Origin: an uncultured Bacteroidales bacterium
GTDB lineage: Bacteria > Bacteroidota > Bacteroidia > Bacteroidales > VadinHA17
Reading direction: 5' to 3'
Assembly (NCBI GenBank): GCA_963741935.1
Contig: CAVUJY010000009.1
Coordinates: 18,466-82,465 of the forward strand
DNA: 64,000 bases
Each line of letters starts with the position of its first letter. The first letter of the stretch is position 1. Shown here piece after piece: positions 34,192 through 43,996 of the stretch. The position numbers and the translations under genes are program-made. The notes below the pieces were generated by a model. The model was not told where the DNA came from, did no database searches, and worked only from the letters and a program-made list of their open reading frames with translations.

Positions 34192-36595
34192 TTATATTGA
34201 TAATTTCAATTGCATTTTCAGGACAAATTATTCTGCAATTATCACATTTAGTGCAGATTAGCTGGTCTATCTCATGTTTTTCATAAGGAGTAAACGGGAT
34301 TGCATCTACAGGACAATCCTGTGAACATTTGGTACATCCTGTACATTTGTCACTTATGCTATATCTTATTAAATCACTGCATTTTTTTGCTCTGCAGATA
34401 CCTTTTGCATGCTCTTCATACTCTTCCCTGAAGTACATTAAACCTGTAAGTACAGGATTTGGAGCAGTCTTGCCGAGTCCGCACAGACTACCATTTTTTA
34501 CTGATATACAAAGTTTTTCCAGCTCATCTATCTCAGACAATTCTGCTTTTCCTTCGCTTAATCTTGTAAGGATGTTAAGCATTTGCTTTGTTCCTACTCT
34601 GCAGAAAGTACACTTACCGCATGATTGTTTATGTGTAAACGTGAGGAAGTACTTAGCCATATCAACCATGCAATCAGTATCGTCAAGAACGACCATCCCG
34701 CCTGATCCCATCATTGCTCCCAATCTTTGTAAGCTCCTCATAATCAATAGGAGTATCAGCTTTACTTGAAGGAATACATCCGCCTGAAGGCCCTCCAATC
34801 TGAACAGCTTTAAAAGTTCTTCCTTCAGCCACACCATCGCCGATTTTTTCAACAATTTCCCTTATAGTGGTTCCCATAGGAACTTCGATCAATCCACCTC
34901 TGGAGATCTTACCTGCAAGAGCAAAAACTTTGGTTCCGCTGCTTTTTTCAGTACCAATTTGGTTAAATTCACCGGCACCATTCGATATTATCCATGGCAC
35001 CAGAGAGAGAGTCTCTACATTGTTTACAAGCGTAGGTTGCCCTTTAAAACCTTTTACCGCAGGATAGGGCGGCCTGATATGAGGAGTGCCCCGTTTGCCT
35101 TCCAGTGAAGATATTAATGCTGTTTCCTCACCGCAAACAAATGCTCCGGCACCTTCAAATACCTTTATATTAAATGAAAAGTCCGAACCTGAAACCTTTT
35201 CGCCAAGTATGCCGTTTTTATAGCATTCCTTTATTGCATTTTTTATTCTCGATACAGCAAGCGGATACTCAGCTCTTATATAAAATATTCCTTCTTTTGC
35301 ACCGGCAGCAAATCCGGCTATTATCATACCTTCAATTACTCTGAAAGGAAAGGATTCGAGAAGCATCCTGTCCATAAAAGCTCCCGGATCACCTTCATCT
35401 CCATTACAAACTACATATTTTGAGTTCCCTTCAGCATTCTTTGAGATGTCCCATTTTCTGCCGGTACGGAAACCTGCACCGCCTCTTCCTCTTAAACCAC
35501 TATTGTAGATAATCATTAATTATCTCATTAGTATCTAATGTGTTAAGACATTTCTTAAGAGCCTGAAATCCTCCAAGCATACAATATTCATCGTATGAAT
35601 CAGGTGTTAATATGCCACTGTTTACTGTTGCAAGATGAACCTGGTGACTAAGAAAATTATTAAGATACTTTTCTCTTACTTCAGTGGGTACATTTACCTG
35701 ACTTGAGAGTTTATCCTCAGAAATAAAAGTATCGACAAGATCAAAAATGCCATGTTTTAACCTTTTTCTTCTGGTTCCTGGCTTTATATGTTTTAACAGA
35801 ATCTCTTCAACCTGATGTCGCGTTACATTTGTATACCTGAAATGGTCATCTCCACTGGTTACAATTTCCATCAATGGAGTCTGATTGCACACTCCGACAC
35901 AGCCCACAGGTTTAAGACTGATATTAAGATTATACTTTTCCCTCATCTCAACGATTTCGGTAAGTATCTCCTTGCTGCCACCTGCAACGCAGCATGAACC
36001 AAGTCCAATCCTTATCTCAGCTTCCGGACTGTCATTCTGGTTATCAGATGCGAGCAGCTTTAACCTTCTCTGATGGATTTAAGAAGTCATGAATTATTTC
36101 TTCAGTCTCAGTGGGCTTTACATGACCATATGTTTTTTCATCGATCTGAACCACAGGGGCAAGTGTACAGCAGCCCAGGCATGATACTTCCTCAATGGAA
36201 AAAAGGTTATCAGGTGAGGCATTTCTGGTATCATCAATTTTCAGGACTCTTTTGAATGAATCGATAATTAATGGAGCTCCTTTGACATGACATGCAGTGC
36301 CTGTACAAATTTTTATCGTATGCTTTCCTACAGGAAGATGCCTGAACTGGGAATAAAATGTAGATACTCCGCTTATCTGTTCCGGAGTTACGTCTGTAAC
36401 CTTACAGATATGCTTTAAAGCTTCTGACGGCAGATAATTAAGTCGTTTCTGTACCTCCTGGAGGATCAGAATAACGTTTTCCTTTTCTCTTCCTGTAGAT
36501 TTTACAACTTCATCAACTACTGATATAATGTCAGGAGCAGAAGTAGTCTGGCAATCACATTGACTGGTCAATATTTTATTATCGGTTGAACTCAA
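34184..36595 (-). CDS. fused NuoE + thioredoxin-like 2Fe + NuoF (HydC/HydB-like) NADH-binding flavoprotein (3 frameshifts)
   Basis: CTGTACH/CLGCC (NuoE), [52 protein letters not shown], and a C-terminal 2x[4Fe-4S]. The breaks are 1-nt shifts with no intergenic gap. Confidence 0.88.
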
Positions 36596-38285
36596 TTAGA
36601 TATACAATAAAGGTTTTTTCTGGTTCTTATATAGATTTTCTTATCTGAAAATGCCGGAGTACAATCAGTTTCTTCACCAAGTGCCGGTTCGCCAATGATC
36701 TCCAATTTATCCTTTGCGCCAACAATATGCATTACTCCGCTTCGATCGAGCATATAAACTTTATCATCAGCAACAATAGGAGAAGAGTAGAACTGATCAT
36801 AAAAGTAATGTGTCCATAGTGTATCGCCCTTTAAAGCATTATAACAGGCAATATCTCCGGTACCGGTTGTCAGAAACAAGAAATCATCAGTCGCAACAGG
36901 GCTTGAAACATCAGGAGTGAAGGTGTTATCTTCCCAGACTATTGAGGCTCCTGTACCTGGTTTTATTGCCACAAGCCTTGCATAATCAGTTACTGCATAG
37001 GCCATTGTGCTGTTTACTGCAACCGATGGTGCAACATCGCCTGTCATGCATTCCACAGCCCATAACTCTTTTCCGGTTACAGGATCATAACTGCTCACCA
37101 TTGGATTTCCGTTGATTATAACCTGAGGCTTACCATCAAAATAAGCAAGAACAGGTGACGACCATACAGGTCTGTCCGGTTCTTAATGTTTCCCATTTCT
37201 GATCACCTGTTCCAAGATCATATCCCGACAGTGAAACTTTAACATTACTGTCAAACTGGAGTAGAAGCAAATTCTCAAATATCAACAGTGAGGATGAGTA
37301 TCCGTAACTACTCTCAGGGACTCCAATATTTTTCGCCCATTGCTTTTTCCCATCCATGTCAAAACAGATAAGATTTCCGTTGGCAAAAACAGCACAGACA
37401 TATTTTCCATCGGTTGCCACTGTAGAAACTGCCAACCCTCCTTCAGCGTCCATCTGAGGCAATTCAGAAGGTTCTCCTTCAATTCCTGAGGCATCACCGG
37501 TCCAGATAACTTCTCCTGTTTTTTTATCTAAACAATATACCTGACATTGCTTACCATTCAGCACCTGTCAGAAAGATCTTATTATCCCAGATTACAGGAG
37601 AACTCTTGCCATTGGCAGGTAATTCAATCTTCCATGCAATGTTTTTTCCTGATTCGCCATCCCATTCAGTAGGATATGAACCACTACCGGCAATTCCCCT
37701 GCTATCCTGTCCCCTGAAAAAAGGATAATTTGTTTTATCGGGTTTAGGTGCATCCTGCTTTTTACGGTTTTCACCGGTATTTTCTGTGCCTCCTTTACCA
37801 AATGTATCAGGAAGGTCAGACCGTAGTACAAATGAAGCCGAAAGTGCTGTTAATAAAATAACAGTACCGGATATCATCAGATACTTCCTGTTTTTTTTCT
37901 GAACTCTTACTGAGTTTTCTTTATCCTGACTGATAACAGGTTTAAGCTTTTCAGTATCGCTCAGAAGTCTTTGGCAAAATATAAAAACCACTGCACCTGC
38001 CAGAAGGAGGTAAGCGCCTGTTTCAACCTGCCAGCGTGATGAGAAATAAGCTTTCCTGGCCATCAGGTCCATAGCTCTGACCTGTTCAGCATTTGTTGCA
38101 CTTTCAGGATCTTTGTCATATTGAGCTTTAACAGCAAGCAGTACCGGGTTATCAAGCGGATTGATAATTTTTAGTTGCGCCAGACTGAAAATCATGGTTA
38201 ATGCAACTATTAATGTAAAGCCTGCTGCAATCTGGCTTACAACCTTCAGAATTTTGATATCTTTTTCAGTTAGATTAGTCTTCAT
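36592..38285 (-). CDS. membrane-anchored PQQ-like beta-propeller protein (frameshifted)
   Basis: Three N-terminal TM helices, YPFFRG, GKSSPVIWDNKIF, FYSSPIV. Confidence 0.82.
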
Positions 38286-38286
38286 T

Positions 38287-39570
38287 TTAACTTTTGACTT
38301 TAACCGGACAATATTTAAAACAGCTTCCGCAACTATAGCATTTTCCCTGATCGGGAACATACTCAGTTCTTTTATTTCGGATAGTCAGTGATACAAGAGC
38401 TATCCCAAGTGAAAGTCCCAGAAACAGACCCGCCCAGGGTGCTGCTTTTCTGAATCTTCCTATTATTTGTTGCTCTTCTGCGAAGAGTTCTTTTTCAGTC
38501 TTTCCGGCTTCTTTAAACGCCACCACGGCTTTAGAGGTCGATTCTATTCCAGTATTTTGTTCCTGTCTTATCTCCTTGGCCAGCATAACAGTACTGTTAA
38601 TTCCGGCAAGAGAAGGAGCAATGTTATAAAGCAGGAAAGCCCCAGAAACAGCTAATACAGGAATGAATATAAAGTATAAAAGGAAATTCTTTCTCGATTT
38701 TACCGGCTCTTCTCTTACCTGTTCCGAATCTGAAGGCAATATTGCGTTATATGGACATGCATTTTCGCAGAGCCTGCAATTGATACATTCTGCCGGTGTT
38801 ATCGTCAGATGCTTTCCGGCAAACCTCGAAAAGACATTCAGTAATACGCCATAAGGGCAAAGAAATCTGCAATATGGCCGGTTAACAAAAATCCCTGCCA
38901 GAAGCAGAAGAACCCCGAAAATTATCATTGTATATGGAGCATCCAGTCTGAAGATCCCGACAAACGGATCATAACGGCATATTATAAACTGGCTGTTTGT
39001 TGCCGAGAACAGTACTGCCAGAGCAAGGTAAACAAATGGCACTGAGGCCAGAGCTACTTCTACTGTTTTGTTAAGTTTCACAGGTTTAAATCCGGTAAGC
39101 TCCTGAATTGCTCCAAGTGGGCATACTCCTGCACAGAAAACTCTTCCATAAGCCAGCGCAAATAACAGGGGGATAATGAAAAACAGCAGGGCAGAAAGAG
39201 GGATTGAATATCCCGTATTAAAAAGAGCCAGTGAAACATTCTGCACAGATCCTACCGCACAGATACATCCCTGACGGTAAAAGCCAAAATAGGCAAGTGA
39301 AAATACCGACATCCAGATAAGTCCCTGACGTGATCTCTTTTTCAAAGCCAGCCATGAGGTCATTGCAAGTGCAGCTATTAATACTGCAACATCAACATAT
39401 TCCCATACTGGTCCTCTCTGGCTCGGCAGCTGATTTGTCGGGTAATTATATCCTGATTCAAATTCCGGTCGTGGAAATCTCTGCTGGGCAAACAATACCG
39501 AATGCCAGATAAACAGAAATATCAGAATAATATATGGAGCATACTTTTTCAAGGTTTGTCTTTTTACCAT
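38287..39570 (-). CDS. NapH/NosR/YccM-like polytopic 4Fe-4S membrane protein
   Basis: FCAGVCP and YCRFLCP (CxxxCP) motifs, CINCRLCENACP and CYSCGSCFKYCP. Confidence 0.85.
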   Translation of the reverse strand: MVKRQTLKKYAPYIILIFLFIWHSVLFAQQRFPRPEFESGYNYPTNQLPSQRGPVWEYVDVAVLIAALAMTSWLALKKRSRQGLIWMSVFSLAYFGFYRQGCICAVGSVQNVSLALFNTGYSIPLSALLFFIIPLLFALAYGRVFCAGVCPLGAIQELTGFKPVKLNKTVEVALASVPFVYLALAVLFSATNSQFIICRYDPFVGIFRLDAPYTMIIFGVLLLLAGIFVNRPYCRFLCPYGVLLNVFSRFAGKHLTITPAECINCRLCENACPYNAILPSDSEQVREEPVKSRKNFLLYFIFIPVLAVSGAFLLYNIAPSLAGINSTVMLAKEIRQEQNTGIESTSKAVVAFKEAGKTEKELFAEEQQIIGRFRKAAPWAGLFLGLSLGIALVSLTIRNKRTEYVPDQGKCYSCGSCFKYCPVKVKS

Positions 39571-39576
39571 TATTGT

Positions 39577-40134
39577 TTATCCTTTTGCAGATATTGATAC
39601 ATCAGCCGGTATTCTGATTACAGCGTCCGAAGGGCAGGTTCTGGCAATTGAGCAGTCGTTGCAATTAAGACACCTGTCATGCCTTATCTGCATATATAAT
39701 GAGCCGTTTCCAAAATCGGCACAGCCTTTAACACATTTAGCGCAACCATCACACAGATCTTCATTAATCGTATACTGAAAATATGGTTCTTCAACAAAAG
39801 TTCTTGTTATGGCTCCGGTAGGGCAAAGTTGATTCTCAGCAGCTGTGCTTATTTTTTTCACACCCTGCCTCTGATAGCCACCGCACAGATCGCAATAACC
39901 GCACATCTGGTAAGCATGCATGGCTTTTGAAGCTGATGGTGTCATAACGCAATTAGTCTTGCACTGACCACACTGGGTGCATTTTAAAGGATCAATCTGC
40001 CATACATAACCTGATACAGTTGTCTTTTTAGCAAGGGCAACAGGAATCAGTGCCAGTGGAAGAATAATTGCAATCTTACCGGCATTTCGGACAAATTCCC
40101 TTCTTGTCTGATATTTATTTTTGCCTTCTTTCAT
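39577..40134 (-). CDS. NapG/MauM-like tetra-[4Fe-4S] ferredoxin with Tat-like signal
   Basis: TRREFV twin-arginine motif with a hydrophobic stretch, and 16 Cys in four ferredoxin groups. Confidence 0.8.
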   Translation of the reverse strand: MKEGKNKYQTRREFVRNAGKIAIILPLALIPVALAKKTTVSGYVWQIDPLKCTQCGQCKTNCVMTPSASKAMHAYQMCGYCDLCGGYQRQGVKKISTAAENQLCPTGAITRTFVEEPYFQYTINEDLCDGCAKCVKGCADFGNGSLYMQIRHDRCLNCNDCSIARTCPSDAVIRIPADVSISAKG

Positions 40135-40145
40135 TACTTGCAGTA

Positions 40146-40310
40146 CTAATACTTGTTACAATCAGTTTCTCCATTACAAATTCCATTACCTGCACAAGAT
40201 GTACAATTATTCTTTGCAACAACCTTACTACCAAGTGCAAATACAATAATGGCCATAAACAACAGTAAAATGTACCTGATAAGTTTCTTGAAAAATGCCA
40301 ATCTGTTCAT
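40146..40310 (-). CDS. 54-aa membrane miniprotein with 4 Cys (not in ORF track)
   Basis: MNRLAFFKKLIRYILLLFMAIIVFALGSKVVAKNNCTSCAGNGICNGETDCNKY. Fills the gap between two co-oriented operon genes. Confidence 0.7.
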   Translation of the reverse strand: MNRLAFFKKLIRYILLLFMAIIVFALGSKVVAKNNCTSCAGNGICNGETDCNKY

Positions 40311-40361
40311 ATCTTTAAATTAGTATGTTATTACAAATCTTTCATAGCACTTATTTCATAA

Positions 40362-41291
40362 TCACTGCTGCTTCCTCGTAAATATATAAAGTTTCGAATC
40401 AGCCGGGTTAGCAGCATAAATTGTTTGCCCGTCTGCCGTTGCTATATCAAGCGGAACGGAATTAGCGAAACTGTTTTTTGATGAAACATACTCAACAAAC
40501 TCACCCTTTTTATCAAGGATCTTAATCCTGTTGATTCCTTTTTCGGCAGTTATAAAGCCATCTGGTATCAAAATGAAATGTGCGGGATTACAGCATCCGC
40601 AGAATGCGCCAGGGGCAGTACCAGGCTCCCCGAAGTATCCATTTAATGTGCCATCAATCGACCTTGTTTCTATCCTTCGGTGACCGGTATTGGCGACGAA
40701 TAAGTTATTTTCTCCGTCAAGGGCAACGTCAAAATAGCCACTTGGAATAATAAACTGACCATCATTCTGACCAATCAGCTTTTTCACATTTCCCCTCTTA
40801 TCAAGAATAAATATCATTTTATTGCCGGCATCTGCAAAAGCGATATCTGATCCTTGTTTGCACTTATTCCTGTAATAATTCCATCATCCTCAAAAGGACC
40901 CCATTCGTCTTTTATTTCACCTTTTGAATTGAATACCAGAACAGTTTCCATGGTTGACGCATACAAGGTATCACCATAAACTGACATGGATGTTACAGGG
41001 GCTTCGGTCTTGTGATTCCATACCAGATTCAAGTCCTTTCCATAGCATGAAACAAAGGAGTCTCCTCCAAGATATATTCTTCCATCATCGGCTACAGTGA
41101 CAGTCTTAAGCAGCCCCTCATCTGTTTTGAACTCTCTGGAAATCTGCCAGGCATCCTGAATTGTATCAGAGGTTGAAACAATACTTTCTGTAGCTATCGG
41201 AATTCGCCGGATGTACCGAATCGTATATCATATAAGCTATGAAGACAAGAATTACAACTACTGAAAAAATCGATGCCAGTTTCTTATTCAT
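40362..41291 (-). CDS. NHL-repeat-like beta-propeller with FCGCCNP motif (frameshifted)
   Basis: N-terminal anchor MNKKLASIFSVVVILVF, FIIPSGYFDV, FVANTGHRR, FCGCCNPAHF, TAEKGINRIK. Confidence 0.75.
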
Positions 41292-41292
41292 G

Positions 41293-42754
41293 CTAATTAT
41301 TTTTTCCAATATTCAGACAAAGTAAATTTCTTGCATCCCTCATTATGAGGTATTTTCCTGCGATTGCCATTGGCCCCCATGCCTCAATGGCATTCATTAT
41401 CTTATGGCTTGCAATCAGTGTCACCGAATTTTCTTTCATTCTGAAAAAGAATAAATTTCCGTCATCATCAAGCAGATACATCTTATCACCTGTAACAATA
41501 TATGGCCCAAGACCGCGTCCGTACCTGTTCTCCTTGCCGCTTGACCACACTGGTGTGAGTAAATCTGATACATCGTAACAAACGAGTTGCTTTTTGAGGG
41601 GTCCGGCATTTTCCGGCATAACACTCCATATATATTTTCCGATGATAATTGGAGTCTGCTGATCGCTTGCAATTCCACCGTTTGCCTTATGTTCATTTTT
41701 TACTGTTACTGAATAGCCGCTTCCAGCTTTATTAATAACAAGTTTGGCTCCACCGGCTCCATAACTTCCAAAAACTGCAATTTCATTATTTCCAAGATAA
41801 ACAGGGGAGGCGGCTGTTGTTGCCGGACTCCATTCCGTTGTCATCCAGAGTAGCTTGCCGATATCATCGCCTTCGGCTGATACCCCGCATACGCCACCCA
41901 CAGCGTTATATACATACATGCGTTTACCATGTATTACCATAGGTATAATTGATCCGTGCGACATCCTGAGTGTATCACTGTTAGGTGTTTCCCATAAAAC
42001 TTTCCCGGTGGAACAACTGACACCAATCATTAAAGCTTTCCCACCCGGAGCAATTACAGCTACATCATTATCAATCATAGGACACTGCCCGGAATAAAAA
42101 TCAGGTGTTATTTTTCCTTTTGCTTTACCTGGAATTCCATATTCCTTCTCAAGATCGATGGTCCATAACATATCTCCACTCACAGGATTAAGACACATTA
42201 CATGCGATCGGGGACCTATAGTTACTATATAATTATCAGTTACGGCAGGTATTGTTCTTGAATATCCATGGTTTCTCTTAAGTTCGACTCCATACCATCT
42301 TCTCCATAATTCAATTCCTGATTTAAGGGAAAAACATCTGAGCATATCAGCCTTTCTTCTTCTCATTATAGTCGAGGATATATACTCTGCCATTATGAAC
42401 TGCTGGTCCGGCATATCCTTCCCCAAGAGTGGTTCTCCAGACAATAGCGGGTCCTGATGTATCCCATGTTTCAGCAAGAGGAGTAGTGTCTTTACTTATA
42501 TTGTCAAAATCAGCTCCGCGGAATCTTGGCCAGTCCCCGGGGATTACTTCATCAATGGTGGCAAGAGTATCAAAAAATTCACCGATATTAACAGTGTCGG
42601 ACCGTGGTTTCATTTTTGGTCTGTTGTCCATACCGGGTACTCTTTCGGTCAGATCCAATGGCTGAGCCTTCAGTAGCCATACCATAAGTACTGAAATACA
42701 GACTGTTAAAGTAATTCCGATGATTATTATAATACTTCTTTTACCCGGTGACAT
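41293..42754 (-). CDS. membrane-anchored PQQ-like beta-propeller protein (frameshifted)
   Basis: N-terminal TM, RVPGMD, WPRFRG, LGEGYAGPAV, KRNHGYSRTIPA, EAWGPMA. The TACCTTTG box at 42797-42804 favours the ATG at 42754. Confidence 0.82.
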
Positions 42755-42796
42755 CAACTTCGTATACTCTGTTTTTTGTTTAATAAAATCCTCTTC

Positions 42797-42804
42797 CAAA
42801 GGTA
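42797..42804 (-). promoter_or_regulatory. Bacteroidota -7 promoter box for the redox operon
   Basis: TACCTTTG matches TAnnTTTG, ~40 nt upstream of the first ATG. Confidence 0.5.
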
Positions 42805-43169
42805 TGAATGATATCTATATTGCAAAGACTATCAGAAAGAGTCAGTACTTCTAAATATCATGTACCTCTTCTCTTCGATTCATATCCCAGGCAGAACTTC
42901 CTTACTGCCATACATTTTTTACTCCGCAATTCAACTATTGCAGGAGATAATGTGATGCAAAATAAAAAAACTAATAGGATTTATATAAGGTATAGTATCA
43001 CATATGTAAATATTAACAGATAATTACGAAATTTTAACAGCTTATAACGAATTGCTTTATGCACCCTGATGCCTGTTCTGGTAATAACTATCCGGCATTT
43101 TAATAAACAATCAACCACTCCGGCAGGTATCAGCATCTGTTATCATAATTATAAAATGGTCAGACTCAC

Positions 43170-43625
43170 CCCTCCTTCAAAAGCGAGCTATCCTTTATAC
43201 ACATTTTTTTATTCTCTATCACGGAAGAGGTATCTGTCAAAGACAAGAATGAATCAATAAAGGATTCGTTATAATGATTGGGAGATCCCTCAACTCATCC
43301 ACCATATATCGCTTGCTTCAAGGCAGAATAAACGAGTGGATGAGTTTTCGGGATGAAGGTTTTTTGGGTAGATGGGGAAGGAAGAAGAGGCGATTCGATC
43401 GAAATTTTCAAAAAAGATAAAATATGTTGATTCGAATCGCCTCTTCTTCCTTCCCATTGTTCCCCCCTTAAATCAGTGTCATCCCGAGCGAATCCACCCC
43501 TTTCATTTACAGATATTTGAGCATGATAGGTGGATGAGTCGAGGGATCTCCAGGGTCTCAACAAAATTTCCGGAAATAGTATAGTTAGAAAAGATGTGAT
43601 GTAAGATTAGCCTTATGAAGGAGGG
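43170..43625. repeat. nested long inverted-repeat element (REP/BIME/REPIN-like)
   Basis: 24-bp perfect arms 43375-43398/43432-43455. 22/23 arms 43281-43303/43529-43551. TCGGGATGA/TCATCCCGA arms. Outer CCCTCCTTCA/TGAAGGAGGG arms. Confidence 0.8.
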
Positions 43626-43996
43626 AAAATTTATATGGTTAATATACAGTATTGTAGGATTTCGTTTATAAACATATTCCTCTTCTGCTGCACATCAGCC
43701 CCCCTTTTTCTGATTTCCTTAATGCAGTAACTCTTCAATGACCATACTAAACATAAATTGTCACAAAACTTTAGCTCGTAACCAATCTAAGGTCAAAAAC
43801 ATGATTTTTGTCATGTTAATATTATTTATTATAATAGGATATATAAATGATGTTTATTTACTTAATAGACATATTTACTTAATTATATTATCATAAATGT
43901 CAATATTAATATAAATATGATTTGCGAATAATAAAATAATATTAGCTTTGTCCCCATAGATTTGAAAATGATTTTTTACTAACGATAAAATAAGAT

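Noticed and set aside
33099-36595. Respiratory complex I or [FeFe]-hydrogenase operon
   Set aside because: There are no NuoA-D/H-N genes and no H-cluster motifs.
43170-43625. CRISPR array or protein-coding ORFs (43295..43564, 43372..43584)
   Set aside because: The repeats are inverted and nested rather than direct with spacers, no cas genes are present, and the ORFs have no recognisable motifs.
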